From assembly GCA_001873745.1 (NCBI GenBank), contig MNZQ01000045.1, forward strand, positions 1 to 43,857: a stretch of DNA of 43,857 nucleotides. The letters are read 5' to 3'. This document shows positions 17,274-28,020 of the stretch, one piece after another. How positions within the stretch are numbered: position 1 is the first letter of the stretch; every line of letters begins with the position of its first letter. The notes under the pieces are model-generated. The model was given only the letters and a program-made list of their open reading frames with translations. It was not told the DNA's origin and made no database searches. The DNA comes from Syntrophaceae bacterium CG2_30_58_14. Its GTDB lineage: Bacteria > Desulfobacterota > Syntrophia > Syntrophales > UBA5619. The position numbers were made by a program, and so were the translations under genes.

Positions 17274-18671
17274 TTACATCGCGTCGCGGAAGAGATCGAT
17301 GAGGCCGAAGGGCATCAGACCCAGGTAGATGATAACAATATTGAAGACACAGCAGAGAACTTTTTCATGGAAGGCCAGAGCGAGGGGACGCAGCTCCTCC
17401 GACTCGCGGGAATAACTGACCCGGACGAGGTTGAGGTAGTAGAAGAGGGAGATCACGGTGTTGACGGCCGCGATGATCACAATGGCGAGATAACCCGCCT
17501 TGAATGCGGTCACAAAAAGGAAGAACTTGCCGGTAAAACCGCCGGTCGGCGGAATCCCCGCCAGGGAGAAGGCGGCCACGGCCAGGGTCAGGGCCAAGAG
17601 CGGAGACCTTCGGGCAAGGCCGCTCAGGTCGTTGATCGTGACATTCTTCTCCCCCCTTCGCGAAAGCAGCATCACCACATAGAACAGGGCGAGATTCATG
17701 AAGAGATAAACGGCAATATAATAGGCAGCAGCCGCATTCCCCTCCCGGTTGAAGGAGAGAAGACCCATCATCAGGTAGCCTGCGTGGGCGATTCCCGAAT
17801 AGGCAAGCAGCCGCTTGAGATCCTTCTGGACCAGGCCCACCAGGTTGCCGAGGGTCATCGAAAAGGCGGCAAACACGATGATCACCGTCGCTAATTGCGC
17901 CGGGGACGACGAGGCCAGCATCGCCAGCCGGATCAAGAGCGCCGTGGCCGCGATCTTCGGAACCGTCGCAATAAACGTCGTCGTGGCGTCGGATGCGCCT
18001 TCGTAGATGTCCGGCGCCCAGAAATGGAGCGGGAAAAGGGAAAGCTTAAAGAAAAAGGCGCTCAGCGCGAGGATGATCGCCAGCACCCCCAGCGGCTGGG
18101 AAAGAAACTGGGGCAACCTTGCCATGATATCCGGGAGATAAGTGGAATGGGCCATGCCGTAGAGGTAGCCCATGCCGTACAGCATGATCCCCGTCGAAAT
18201 GGCGCCGAAAAAAAGATATTTCATCGCCGCTTCAATCTGCGTTCGGGTCTGGGCCTTTCGCAGCGGAACGATGGCATAGAGGCTGAAGGAGGAGATCTCC
18301 AGACTGACGACGATGGAAATAAGCTCGACCGAACTGACCAGGATCATGAGGCCCAGCGTGGAAAACCCGAGAAACATGAAAAATTCAGGCAAGTTTTCCA
18401 CTTCGTTCTCTTTCTCGAACATGAAAACGACGAGCGTAAATCCGGCGGAGAGCAATACCTTGAATATCTGGGAGAAAAAGTCAACCTGGTAGGCCCCGGC
18501 GAAAAAGACGCCCCGTGCGCCCGAGCAGACCAGCGTAATGAAGAAACCCACCAGCGCAAGGACCCTGGCCGCGGTAAATAGGGAGGTCCTTTTCTTCCCC
18601 ACCGACAGGAAGAGAAAGAAAACGGAAAACAAAAACATGTACAGTTCTGGAAGCAGCGTCATCTTTGTCAA
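17274..18671 (-). CDS. nuoN: NADH-quinone oxidoreductase subunit N
   Basis: SLEISS, EAAMKY, FKLSLFPLHFWAPDIYEGA, LKRLLAYSGIAHAGY, SLAGIPPTGGFTGKF; last gene of nuo cluster. Confidence 0.93.
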   Translation of the reverse strand: MTKMTLLPELYMFLFSVFFLFLSVGKKRTSLFTAARVLALVGFFITLVCSGARGVFFAGAYQVDFFSQIFKVLLSAGFTLVVFMFEKENEVENLPEFFMFLGFSTLGLMILVSSVELISIVVSLEISSFSLYAIVPLRKAQTRTQIEAAMKYLFFGAISTGIMLYGMGYLYGMAHSTYLPDIMARLPQFLSQPLGVLAIILALSAFFFKLSLFPLHFWAPDIYEGASDATTTFIATVPKIAATALLIRLAMLASSSPAQLATVIIVFAAFSMTLGNLVGLVQKDLKRLLAYSGIAHAGYLMMGLLSFNREGNAAAAYYIAVYLFMNLALFYVVMLLSRRGEKNVTINDLSGLARRSPLLALTLAVAAFSLAGIPPTGGFTGKFFLFVTAFKAGYLAIVIIAAVNTVISLFYYLNLVRVSYSRESEELRPLALAFHEKVLCCVFNIVIIYLGLMPFGLIDLFRDAM

Positions 18672-18675
18672 CCCC

Positions 18676-20160
18676 TTACTGGGACAATTTATTCAGTTGC
18701 ATAAAAAGGTGTACGAGCGTGGTTTCCATAACCCGGACAAACGGGGCGGGGAAAAGCCCCACCCAGAGCACAAAAATGGCAAGCGGCGTCAGGTAAACAA
18801 ATTCCCGGACATTCAGGTCTTTGAAATCCCTCTTGTCTTCCCTGCCCCAGGCGATCTGTTTCAGAAGCTTCAGCATATAGGCGGCGGCCACGACCGCCCC
18901 AACCACGGCGAAGAAACCGGCCGTTCTGCTTCTAACAAAGGCACTGATCAGCACATACAACTCGCCCACAAAACTGTTCGTCCCGGGAAAGGCGAAGGAG
19001 GAGAGGGCAAACAGGCCGAAAAAACCCATATAGGCGGGCATGAATTTGCCCAAGCCCGCATTGTCATAGATCTGGCGGCTGTGCGTGCGCTCGTAAATAA
19101 TGCCCACCATCAGAAAGAGCGCGCCCGTGGTGACTCCGTGGTTGAGCATTTGGAGCATGGCGCCCATAAAACCATAGACCGTGAAGGTGAATATGCCCAG
19201 CGTCACGAAGCCCATATGGGCCACGCTCGAATAGGCGATCAGCTTTTTCATGTCCGTCTGGCTCAGGCAGACAAACCCCGCATAGATGATTGCAACGATG
19301 GAAAGAACCATCATGAAAGGGGCGAAATAGATACTGGCCAGGGGAACAATGGGAAGGCAAAACCGGATAAATCCGTATGTTCCCATCTTCAGCAGAATGC
19401 TCGCCAGCAACACGCTGCCCGCCGTCGGCGCCTCCGTATGGGCGGCCGGCAACCATGTGTGAAACGGAAACATGGGAACCTTGATCGCAAAGGCAATCGC
19501 AAAGGCCAGAAATACCCAGATCTGGAACGTGAAACTGTAGCCTTTGAACATCGCCTCGGGGATGCTGAAGGTGCCGTTCACAAGGTAGAGGGCGATGATG
19601 GCGACCAGAAGAAAAACGCTGCCGAACAACGTGTAAATGAAGAACTTCAGCGAGGCGTAATCCTTGTTCGGCCCGCCCCAGACGGCAATGAGAAGGTACA
19701 TCGGGATGAGCATCGCCTCCCAGAAAACGTAAAACAGGATAAAATCAAGGGCGCAGAAGACGCCGATCATCGCCGTTTCCATCAGCAGGATGCAGATCAT
19801 GAATTCCTTCACCCGCTTCTCGATCGCCTTCCAGGAGCAGAGAACACAGAGGGGGGAGATCATGGTCGTCAGCACGATCAGCATGATCGAGATGCCGTCC
19901 ACCCCGAGAGCGTAGGTAATGTTATAAGCCGGTATCCAGGCGAGACTCTCGCCGAACTGGAAAAGCGGCGTCCCGGCATCGAAGTTGAAAAAAAGGATGA
20001 GCGAGGCCGCCAGTGTCAGAAGCCCCGCGACGAAGGCCGTGGTCTTGATCTTGTTGCCGTCCTTCAGGAAAAGGATGAAGAACACCCCCGCCAGGGGCAG
20101 AAAGATCACCGTGGAAAGTATGGGGAACCCGAAGGGATTCATGGTCAAGTATGGCGACAT
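18676..20160 (-). CDS. nuoM: NADH-quinone oxidoreductase subunit M
   Basis: LGVDGIS, FWEAMLIP, KVPMFPFHTWLPAAHTEAP, LLKMG, KKLIAYSSVAHMG, FPGTNSFVGE. Confidence 0.95.
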   Translation of the reverse strand: MSPYLTMNPFGFPILSTVIFLPLAGVFFILFLKDGNKIKTTAFVAGLLTLAASLILFFNFDAGTPLFQFGESLAWIPAYNITYALGVDGISIMLIVLTTMISPLCVLCSWKAIEKRVKEFMICILLMETAMIGVFCALDFILFYVFWEAMLIPMYLLIAVWGGPNKDYASLKFFIYTLFGSVFLLVAIIALYLVNGTFSIPEAMFKGYSFTFQIWVFLAFAIAFAIKVPMFPFHTWLPAAHTEAPTAGSVLLASILLKMGTYGFIRFCLPIVPLASIYFAPFMMVLSIVAIIYAGFVCLSQTDMKKLIAYSSVAHMGFVTLGIFTFTVYGFMGAMLQMLNHGVTTGALFLMVGIIYERTHSRQIYDNAGLGKFMPAYMGFFGLFALSSFAFPGTNSFVGELYVLISAFVRSRTAGFFAVVGAVVAAAYMLKLLKQIAWGREDKRDFKDLNVREFVYLTPLAIFVLWVGLFPAPFVRVMETTLVHLFMQLNKLSQ

Positions 20161-20196
20161 GGTTTCTTTTTCCTTAAAAGCCTTTAAGTATCCACC

Positions 20197-21954
20197 CTAT
20201 AAAACCAGCCACAGGATCGCAAAAAACAGGAAAAGCGAAAGGCCGATATAGGTCTGAATTCTTCCCGTCTGCATTTTTTTTACGACGGAACCGAAATCCA
20301 TGACGGAATAGGCGGCGCCGTCAACAACCCCGTCAATGGCCTTCCGATCGAACAAGTAGGAAAGTTCCGCATTCTTGAAAAGCGCACGGAGCCCAAGCGT
20401 GCGGTAAAGTTCGCCCCACAGCGTGTCAACCGGCGCGATCACTTTTTCGTCAAACTTCATGAAGAGCAGCGTCCCCTTGCGATAGAAGTAATCGACGTCG
20501 AGGTTCATCTTCGCCTCGGGCGAGAGTTTCTTCACCATCAGGTAGAAGACCAGGCCCGTAAAGCAAAGGATCTGCATCGTCTCCGAGAGGTGGCCCAGGT
20601 TATAGGGGCGGTATTCCACCGGGAAGGGCAGCAGGACATACAACGTCTGCGGGAAGACGCCGATGATGAAGCAGAGAAGGGCGGTGAGTCCCATCGCCCA
20701 GAGCATGTTCAGCGGGGGTTCCTTGGCATGGAGAGGCTCCGCCGCTTCCTTGCCGAAGAAGGCAAAATAGGTCACCTTCAAGCCGACGGAGAGGAAGGTT
20801 CCGATGCCGGCCAGATTCAGGAACGACATGAGCCAGATCCTCCCCTCATGATGCGCCGCCGAAACGATCATCGATTTGCTGACAAACCCGCTGAACAGCG
20901 GAAATCCGGAAATGGATACGGCCCCCACGACGTAAAAAATCATCGTCAGCGGCATGTATTTGTATAAACCGCCGAGGCGGCTGAGTTTCGCCGTCCCGGT
21001 CACATAAAGCACGGACCCGGCGCCCATGAAGAGCAGCGCCTTGTAAAGGATGTGGGCAAAGGCGTGGGCTGCGGCGCCGTTCACGGCCATCGCGGTGCCA
21101 ATGCCGACGCCGGCCACCATGTAGCCCACCTGGCTGATGATGTGATAGGCCAGAACACGGCGGATGTCGTTTTCGATGACGGCGTAGCAGACCCCGAATA
21201 CCGTCATGGCCGTTCCCATGATCGCCAGGATTTCAAAGCCGGTAAAACCCCTGGCGAGAACGTAAACCGCCGTTTTGGTCGTAAACGCGCATAAAAATAC
21301 GGCGCCTTCGACGCTCGCCTCCGGATAGGCGTCCGGGAGCCATGCATGGAGGGGCAGTACGGCGGCGTTCAGTGCAAAACCGGCGAGAATCAGGTACTCC
21401 GGCCAGGAGGCGTTGGGGGGAAGGATGCTGTTGAAGGCAAGGCTCCCCGTCTTGTGGTAATAGAGCATCATCCCGGCAAAGAACAAGAGACCGCCGAAAA
21501 TATGGAACAGCAGATAGCGGAAGCCCGCCGCGATCGATTCTTTCTTCCTCCCATACCAGATGAGAAACACGGAAGAAAAGGCCATGATCTCCCAGAAGAT
21601 GAAGAGGGTCAGGTAATCGCCGGCAAAGAGGGCGCCGAGGGCGCTTCCCACATAAAAGAAACCGGCCATGTGGTGCCCGTCTTCTTCCCGGTGCAGCGCA
21701 TAGAGGGCGCCCAGGAAGGCCATGATCACGAATACCCACGCAAAGACCATGCTCAGCTTGTCAACGCGCCCGAACACCCCTTCCGCGCCGAGGAAATGGT
21801 ACGCCCCGTACATCCCGTACTGGGCAAACGCAACGGAGACGATGGCCGCAACGGGGATGAGGAGAATAAACCCCTTTTTTGCCTTCCCCCTAAGCAGCGG
21901 CAAAAGCAAGGCTCCCACGAAAAAGAAGAGCGCCGGATGAATCCAACTATCCAT
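20197..21954 (-). CDS. MrpD-type antiporter-like subunit in the nuoL position, with NuoL-like C-terminal tail
   Basis: FWEIMA, PLHAWLPDAYPEA, TTKTAVY, LAYHIISQVGYM, HILYKALLF; tail FDRKAIDGVVDG...KKMQTGRIQTY. Confidence 0.88.
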   Translation of the reverse strand: MDSWIHPALFFFVGALLLPLLRGKAKKGFILLIPVAAIVSVAFAQYGMYGAYHFLGAEGVFGRVDKLSMVFAWVFVIMAFLGALYALHREEDGHHMAGFFYVGSALGALFAGDYLTLFIFWEIMAFSSVFLIWYGRKKESIAAGFRYLLFHIFGGLLFFAGMMLYYHKTGSLAFNSILPPNASWPEYLILAGFALNAAVLPLHAWLPDAYPEASVEGAVFLCAFTTKTAVYVLARGFTGFEILAIMGTAMTVFGVCYAVIENDIRRVLAYHIISQVGYMVAGVGIGTAMAVNGAAAHAFAHILYKALLFMGAGSVLYVTGTAKLSRLGGLYKYMPLTMIFYVVGAVSISGFPLFSGFVSKSMIVSAAHHEGRIWLMSFLNLAGIGTFLSVGLKVTYFAFFGKEAAEPLHAKEPPLNMLWAMGLTALLCFIIGVFPQTLYVLLPFPVEYRPYNLGHLSETMQILCFTGLVFYLMVKKLSPEAKMNLDVDYFYRKGTLLFMKFDEKVIAPVDTLWGELYRTLGLRALFKNAELSYLFDRKAIDGVVDGAAYSVMDFGSVVKKMQTGRIQTYIGLSLFLFFAILWLVL

Positions 21955-22195
21955 AATAATCCTCGTCCTTGCTCAGAAACAGGTGCGCGATGCCTTTGCA
22001 TATCTTGATGAGCAGAAAGCAGCCCGCCAGCGCAAAAAACGTCCAGAACGCCCAAATCTTATCCACAACGTAATGGGCGTCCTCCCGCGGCAGCAAGATG
22101 TCCAGCAAAACCAGCGCGCCCAGGAATACAAAAAAGGCGATCCTCAGCGGCCCGGCTTTCGCTCTCAGGTATTCTATGATCTTCAATACATTCAT
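21947..22195 (-). CDS. Small two-TM subunit of the Mrp-like module
   Basis: 82 aa, two hydrophobic segments, C-terminal LSKDEDYYG; paralog of 30247..30468. Confidence 0.85.
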   Translation of the reverse strand: MNVLKIIEYLRAKAGPLRIAFFVFLGALVLLDILLPREDAHYVVDKIWAFWTFFALAGCFLLIKICKGIAHLFLSKDEDYYG

Positions 22196-22204
22196 GGTAA
22201 ACCC

Positions 22205-23674
22205 CTAAAATAGCTTCCCGATAAGCCCTACAAAGAAATCAGGAAAGATTCCGAGCACCAGCGAGATGAGCGACGCCAGAACAAGGGGCGCGACCATCGT
22301 CAGCGGCGCTTCCTGAATATCTTTTCTACTCCAGCGCTCCTTTTTCCCTTGAAAAAACGCCCGGAACGTAATCGGGACAAAATATCCGGCGTTCAGGAGG
22401 CTGCTGGCCAGCAGTACGATGACAATCGGGATATTTTGGATCTCAAGGGCGCCGTTCAACAGATACCATTTCGTAACAAAACCGGCCACGGGCGGCGCGC
22501 CGATCATGCTGAGCGACGCCAAGGCAAAGGCCCCCATCGTAAAGGGCATGGCGTAGCCGATCCCCGCCATGTCGCTGATCTTTTTCTTGTGGTGGGCCAC
22601 ATAGATGGCCCCGGCGCAGAAGAACAGCGTGATCTTGCTGAATCCGTGATTGACGATATGAATGATCCCGCCTAACACGCCCGTATTGTCCAAGAGCGCC
22701 ACTCCCAGGATGATATACGACAACTGGCTGACCGTGGAATAGGCCAGCCGCGCCTTCAGGTCATCCTTCGTGAGGGCGATAATGGAAGCGGCGAGGATGG
22801 TGAAGGATACAAAGTAGGCCGTGATCAGGCCGATTCCCAGATCCTGCAGGATGTTTGTTCCGAACGTGGAAAGCATGACCCGGGAGATGCAGAACACACC
22901 GGCTTTTACCACGGCAACGGCATGCAGCAGTGCGGTGACGGGCGTCGGGGCGACCATGGCCGAAGGCAGCCAGTTGTGGAGGGGCATGATGGCGGCCTTG
23001 GCAAATCCGGCGACAAAGAGCACATAGGTCACGGTAATCCACAGCGGATCGGATGTAGAGTGAAACACGCCCGTACGGATGTTATCGGCGAAGTCCAGCG
23101 TCCCCGTCATGATATACGTCAGGATCAGGGCGGGAAGGAGAAAACCCTTCGATGTTCCCATCAGATAGACAAGGTATTTCTTGCCCCCGGCATAACCCTC
23201 CTCATCCTGGTGGTGTGCAACGAGCGGATAGGTGAAGAAGCTGAGAATCTCATAGAAGAGATAAACAGAAAAGAGACCTCCCGAATAGGATATGCCCTGA
23301 GCGGCCAGGATGGAAACGGCAAAACAGGTGTAGAACCGCGTCTGGGCATGCTCGTTTAAGCTCCTCATGTAGCCGATGCTGTAAAATGAGGTAAATATCC
23401 ACAAAAAAGACGACAGGATGCCGAAGATCAGAGAGAGGGCGTCCACCCGGAAATTCAAGGAGATTCCGGGGGCAATGGTGGAAAGCGTATAAAGGATGCG
23501 GTCGCCATGCCAGATGGCGGGAACCATGGCCATCACGGAAAAAAAGGTGAGCACGGCGCCGGCAATGGACCAGAACTCTCTCAGGTTCGGCCGCTTGCCC
23601 GAAACCATGATCAGAATGGAGGTAACGAGAACAATGCCGATCGGCAATAGGGGTAATGCGCTCTCTATAACCAT
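22205..23674 (-). CDS. MrpD-family antiporter-like subunit
   Basis: FYEILS, KAAIMPLHNWLPSAMVAPTPV, LLHAVAVVK, LKARLAYSTVSQL, KITLFFCAG. Confidence 0.9.
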   Translation of the reverse strand: MVIESALPLLPIGIVLVTSILIMVSGKRPNLREFWSIAGAVLTFFSVMAMVPAIWHGDRILYTLSTIAPGISLNFRVDALSLIFGILSSFLWIFTSFYSIGYMRSLNEHAQTRFYTCFAVSILAAQGISYSGGLFSVYLFYEILSFFTYPLVAHHQDEEGYAGGKKYLVYLMGTSKGFLLPALILTYIMTGTLDFADNIRTGVFHSTSDPLWITVTYVLFVAGFAKAAIMPLHNWLPSAMVAPTPVTALLHAVAVVKAGVFCISRVMLSTFGTNILQDLGIGLITAYFVSFTILAASIIALTKDDLKARLAYSTVSQLSYIILGVALLDNTGVLGGIIHIVNHGFSKITLFFCAGAIYVAHHKKKISDMAGIGYAMPFTMGAFALASLSMIGAPPVAGFVTKWYLLNGALEIQNIPIVIVLLASSLLNAGYFVPITFRAFFQGKKERWSRKDIQEAPLTMVAPLVLASLISLVLGIFPDFFVGLIGKLF

Positions 23675-23677
23675 AGG

Positions 23678-24001
23678 TCAGTCTTTCATCTCCTTCAGAT
23701 CTCCGCCCTCGATGTGCCTGTATTTCTTGAAAATAAGCATGATGATGCCGAGCGCGATGGCTGATTCCGCCGCAGCAATCCCCATGATGATGAGCGTAAA
23801 AGCCATCCCGTAGCCGTTCTCGGGGGAGACGAATCGGTTCAGGGCAGCCAGGTTCAACCCGGCGCCGTTCATGATCAGCTCCATGGAGACCAGCATCCCG
23901 ATCAGGGTGCGCCGGTAAACCACGCCGGCAATGCCGCAAAAGAGCAAAAACAGGGCTACAAACAAATAGATGTGCTGATAGTTGTATAACAAATCGGTCA
24001 T
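23678..24001 (-). CDS. nuoK: NADH-quinone oxidoreductase subunit K
   Basis: Three TMs, MELIMNG, AAAESAIALG. Confidence 0.93.
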   Translation of the reverse strand: MTDLLYNYQHIYLFVALFLLFCGIAGVVYRRTLIGMLVSMELIMNGAGLNLAALNRFVSPENGYGMAFTLIIMGIAAAESAIALGIIMLIFKKYRHIEGGDLKEMKD

Positions 24002-24525
24002 TTGTTCCCCCTGGAAAAAAGGGCAAGCATGATCGCGCCTAAAATGGCCACAACCACAAGAAGCGATATCAGCTCAAAGGGCAGAACCAGATCGTTGAAA
24101 AAAAGGCGGCCGATCTCTTTTGTCGTGATCTTGAAAGAGGGACTCTCCGCCAAGGGGACACCTTGCGGCAAGGTGTCCCCAAACGTTTCCATGACGAACC
24201 GGACGAACGTAAATAGGGAAACCAGCGCAACGCCAAGCGCCGCGACGAATTTTCCGACGGTGGTCCACTCCTTCGGTTTCCGGTAAAGCGGGCCGATCAG
24301 CATGATGGCAAAGGCGATCAGAACGGAAACGGCCCCCACATAGATCAGGATCTGCATCATGGAGAGAAAGGGGCTGTTCAGGAAGATATAAAGACCGGCG
24401 ATTCCGAACATGGCGGCGACCAGCCCCAACAGGGCATAGACGATCGACCCGGATAAAACGGCCATTGCGGCGCCGCCCAGCGTCGCGACAACGGTGATCA
24501 GGAAGATGATTTCACCCAAATTCAT
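23998..24525 (-). CDS. nuoJ: NADH-quinone oxidoreductase subunit J
   Basis: QILIYVGAVSVL, PFELISLL. Confidence 0.93.
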   Translation of the reverse strand: MNLGEIIFLITVVATLGGAAMAVLSGSIVYALLGLVAAMFGIAGLYIFLNSPFLSMMQILIYVGAVSVLIAFAIMLIGPLYRKPKEWTTVGKFVAALGVALVSLFTFVRFVMETFGDTLPQGVPLAESPSFKITTKEIGRLFFNDLVLPFELISLLVVVAILGAIMLALFSRGNK

Positions 24526-24977
24526 GATGTCTTTTTCCTTTTTTCAAATTCCTTGACCAGATCGAAATGAAAATCCTCCCGTTTAAAGCCTGCAAGGTTG
24601 AAATCTGCCGAAAAGTCGAGGGCAGCGGACGGGCAGGTTTCCACACAGATGCCGCACTGGCTGCACGTCGTAAAATCGAGGAGATAAGAGGTAGCGGTCT
24701 TCCTCTTTTCCCCTTCCCGCTTTTCCCCCTCGACCTTCTTGATCGATCCCGACGGACAGTTCCTGACGCAGATGCCGCAGGCAATACAGCCGTTTTTCTC
24801 CGGGTTGTCGCGGTCGGCAACAAGCTTCGTATGGCTGCGGAACCGCGGGCTGATATTGAGCAACTGGCGCGGATACTGGGAGGTCACCACCGGCTGAAAG
24901 AACGCCTTGATCGTAACCCCCAGACCGGCAATCAGGGAACCCGCGCCTTTGATGAATGCCGAAGGTGATGCCGTCAT
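24522..24977 (-). CDS. nuoI: NADH-quinone oxidoreductase subunit I (2x[4Fe-4S])
   Basis: [30 protein letters not shown]; ATGA overlap with nuoH. Confidence 0.93.
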   Translation of the reverse strand: MTASPSAFIKGAGSLIAGLGVTIKAFFQPVVTSQYPRQLLNISPRFRSHTKLVADRDNPEKNGCIACGICVRNCPSGSIKKVEGEKREGEKRKTATSYLLDFTTCSQCGICVETCPSAALDFSADFNLAGFKREDFHFDLVKEFEKRKKTS

Positions 24978-25945
24978 AACTTCAAAAGCCCTCCCGTAAT
25001 GAGCAGGTTGATAAAAGATAGAGGGATCAGCGCTTTCCAGGAGATGTTCAGCAACTGGTCGAACCTCACGCGGGGATAGGTCCATCGGAGCCACATGATG
25101 ACGAAAACGAGGAGATACGACTTGAGCAGAAACCAGATGATGCCGGGTAAAAAGGGCCCCTGGTATCCGCCGAGGAAAAATGTGACGGCAATGGCGCTGA
25201 CGATAAAAATGTTCGTATATTCAGCCAGAAAGAAGAGCGCAAACCGCATGCCGGAATATTCCGTGTGATAGCCCGCCACCAGTTCGCTTTCCGCTTCGGG
25301 CAGGTCGAAGGGGGTTCGGTTGGTCTCGGCGACGCCGGCGATAAAATAGATCAAAAAGGCGAATGGCTGGTAAACGACAAACCACAGCCCATGCTGCGCC
25401 TCCACGATGCTCTTCAACGAGAAGGAGTTGGTCATCATGATGATGGGCAAAAGCGCCAAGAGCAGCGGGATCTCATAGGCAATGTTCTGGGCGATGCTCC
25501 GGATGGCCCCGATCAGCGCATATTTGTTGTTGGACCCCCAGCCGGCCATCAGGATGGAAAAGACCGAAAGGGATGAAAACGCCAGGATCACCAAGATGCC
25601 CACGTTGATGTCCATGACCTGCAGCGAGGCGTCGAAAGGAATAACAACGAAGGATACCAGAACGGGGACGAAAATGATCATCGGGGCGAGATAGTAGAGG
25701 GGTTTGTCCACCTCCCGCGGCGTCAGGATCTCCTTGCCCAGCAGTTTCAGCGCATCGGCGATCGGCTGGATCAGACCATAGGGGCCGACCTCCTTCGGGC
25801 CGATCCGCCGCTGCATATGACCGGCCACCTTTCTCTCCGCCCAGGTCAAGATCAGCGCGTTCAGCACGACAAAAACCAGCACGCCGACAAGGCCGACAAC
25901 CATTTTTACCGTTTCCCAGCCAATCATGTTTCCGATCTGTTCCAT
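24974..25945 (-). CDS. nuoH: NADH-quinone oxidoreductase subunit H
   Basis: [57 protein letters not shown]. Confidence 0.96.
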   Translation of the reverse strand: MEQIGNMIGWETVKMVVGLVGVLVFVVLNALILTWAERKVAGHMQRRIGPKEVGPYGLIQPIADALKLLGKEILTPREVDKPLYYLAPMIIFVPVLVSFVVIPFDASLQVMDINVGILVILAFSSLSVFSILMAGWGSNNKYALIGAIRSIAQNIAYEIPLLLALLPIIMMTNSFSLKSIVEAQHGLWFVVYQPFAFLIYFIAGVAETNRTPFDLPEAESELVAGYHTEYSGMRFALFFLAEYTNIFIVSAIAVTFFLGGYQGPFLPGIIWFLLKSYLLVFVIMWLRWTYPRVRFDQLLNISWKALIPLSFINLLITGGLLKL

Positions 25946-25960
25946 TGGGCCATCACTAAA

Positions 25961-27535
25961 TTATCGATCGATTTCCGGTATCACCAGGTCCAGGCTCCCG
26001 AGGATCGCCACCGCATCGGCCAACAGGTTCCCTTTGGCCAGCTCGGGGAAGATCATCAGGTTCGAAAAAGAGGGCACCCGCCACTTCATCCGGTACGGCT
26101 TGTCGCTTTCATCGCTGACGATATAGATGCCGAGCTCCCCGCGGGGCGTTTCCACCGTGTGATAGAGATCCCCCTTCGGCGGTTTCAGTTTCCTGGGCGC
26201 CTTTTCCGTCATGATGGGGCCTTCGGGAAGTCGGGCCAACGCCTGCTCGATGATATTCAGCGCGTTTTCCATCTCCCGGATGCGGACTTGGTACATGTCC
26301 AGGGCATCCCCGCGCGTCCCCACGGGGACATCGAAATCCATTTCTCCATAGGCGGCGCAGGGTTCCGATTTTCTGATATCCATCGGTATCCCCGCCCCGC
26401 GCAGGACCGGCCCGGAAACGGCCTGTTTTCTCGCCCTCTCCTTCGTAATCACGCCGATGCCTCGCGTCCGGTTGGTAAAAATCACATTGCCGCCGACCAG
26501 CTTTTCATACAAGGAGAAGCGGCTCCGCAACCTCTCGATGAAGGCCCTTGTTCCGGCGACGAAGGCATCGTCCACATCGTTGTAAAGACCGCCAAAACGG
26601 AAATAACAGTAGGTGAGCCGGGAGCCGGTGACGGGCTCCAGGATGTCGTTGATCTCTTCCCGGTCGTCAAAGACAAAGAGGAACGGGGTCAGCGCCCCCA
26701 GATCGGCAAGATAGGCGCCCAGCCACATGAGATGGCTGGACAACCGGTTGAGTTCGGTCAAAATGACGCGCACGTAATTCGCGCGGTCCGGCACCGGGAT
26801 GCCGCAGAGCCGCTCCACGGCGGTCACATAGCCGAGATTGAAGGCCATGGGCCCCAGATAGTCCATCCGGCCCGTGTTGGGAAGAAACTGAAGATAGCTT
26901 CTGTTTTCCGCCATCTTCTCGTGCATCCGGTGGAGATAGCCGAGGACCGGTTGCGCATCTTCGATATACTCGCCGTCCATCTTCAGCACGACCCTTAACA
27001 CGCCGTGCGTGCTCGGATGCTGAGGCCCGAGGTTGACAAAGAAGGTATCCTCCCCCTCTCCCGGACGGAAGGCGCCGAGCGCCTTTTTATCTTCGTCGGA
27101 AACGGGAATCTTCTCCTTGCGCAGCGGATAAAAATCGATCCCTTCGTGGAGAAAGAGATAGGTCATATTGGGATGGCCGTCGAAGGAAACGCCGAAAAAC
27201 TCGCGGATCTCGCGCTCATGCCAGTATGCGCAATCAAAAACGGTGGAAATCGTGGGAGCGACGGGTTTGGCGGGATCGATCTTCAGCGTGATCTTTACCT
27301 TGCAGAGCGATGCATGGTTGCTGAAGATGTAAACCAGCTCAAGATACTCCTTATAATCCACGCAGATGAGAGCGGCCAGATAAAAACCGCGTTCGTCGAA
27401 GAAACGGGCGACGTTCAGAAGATCCGCCGAGGCCACTTCGGCAAAAAGATGGTATCCCCGCTCCCGATAGTCCGCCTCCCCAACGGGGGTCTCCTTGAGG
27501 GTGGCGCCAAGCTCCGCTTTAATTCGCTCTACCAT
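25961..27535 (-). CDS. nuoCD: Fused NADH-quinone oxidoreductase subunit C/D
   Basis: [11 protein letters not shown]...GHP...YPLRK (NuoC); [33 protein letters not shown] (NuoD); no NiFe CxxC motifs. Confidence 0.94.
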   Translation of the reverse strand: MVERIKAELGATLKETPVGEADYRERGYHLFAEVASADLLNVARFFDERGFYLAALICVDYKEYLELVYIFSNHASLCKVKITLKIDPAKPVAPTISTVFDCAYWHEREIREFFGVSFDGHPNMTYLFLHEGIDFYPLRKEKIPVSDEDKKALGAFRPGEGEDTFFVNLGPQHPSTHGVLRVVLKMDGEYIEDAQPVLGYLHRMHEKMAENRSYLQFLPNTGRMDYLGPMAFNLGYVTAVERLCGIPVPDRANYVRVILTELNRLSSHLMWLGAYLADLGALTPFLFVFDDREEINDILEPVTGSRLTYCYFRFGGLYNDVDDAFVAGTRAFIERLRSRFSLYEKLVGGNVIFTNRTRGIGVITKERARKQAVSGPVLRGAGIPMDIRKSEPCAAYGEMDFDVPVGTRGDALDMYQVRIREMENALNIIEQALARLPEGPIMTEKAPRKLKPPKGDLYHTVETPRGELGIYIVSDESDKPYRMKWRVPSFSNLMIFPELAKGNLLADAVAILGSLDLVIPEIDR

Positions 27536-28020
27536 CGACTTTCCGGTCCCGGGAAACGTCTTTTTCCCGTTATTTTTTCCTCTAACTTCAGGAATCCTTC
27601 GAGAAGGGCTTCCGGTCTGGGGGGGCATCCGGGGACATACACGTCCACCGGCACGAGGAGATCAACGCCTTCGATAACGTTGTATTGACCCTCGAAAACG
27701 AACGGGCCGCCGGAGATGGCGCAGTTTCCCATCGCAAGGACCCATTTCGGCGACGGCATCTGCTCGTAGAGGGTGACAAGAACGGGCGCCATCTTTTTGG
27801 TGACGGTGCCGGAGACAATCATCAGGTCGGCCTGCCGGGGGGTGGCCCGGAAAACCCCCGCCCCGAACCGGTCCAGATCGAAGCGGGACATGGCGGTGGA
27901 CATCATCTCGATCGCACAGCAGGCGAGCCCAAACGTCATGGGCCAGATGGAATTGGCCCGGGCCAGATCAAGCACCTTTTCCACCACGGCAAATTTTACT
28001 GGGAAAACTTCCTTTTCCAG
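27529..28020 (-). CDS. nuoB: NADH-quinone oxidoreductase subunit B
   Basis: [38 protein letters not shown]. Start uncertain (CTG 28020, ATG 28050 or GTG near 27987). Confidence 0.94.
   Translation of the reverse strand: MEKEVFPVKFAVVEKVLDLARANSIWPMTFGLACCAIEMMSTAMSRFDLDRFGAGVFRATPRQADLMIVSGTVTKKMAPVLVTLYEQMPSPKWVLAMGNCAISGGPFVFEGQYNVIEGVDLLVPVDVYVPGCPPRPEALLEGFLKLEEKITGKRRFPGPESRW

Noticed and set aside
18538-20187. 549-aa plus-strand ORF (also 3545..4462, 9678..10829, 15428..16600, 25817..26998, 38607..40103 and similar)
   Set aside because: Antisense shadows of well-supported genes in GC-rich DNA; no recognisable motifs.
25961-27535. Group 4 [NiFe]-hydrogenase large subunit
   Set aside because: No CxxC nickel-binding motifs; NuoD quinone-site motifs and EIDR terminus present.
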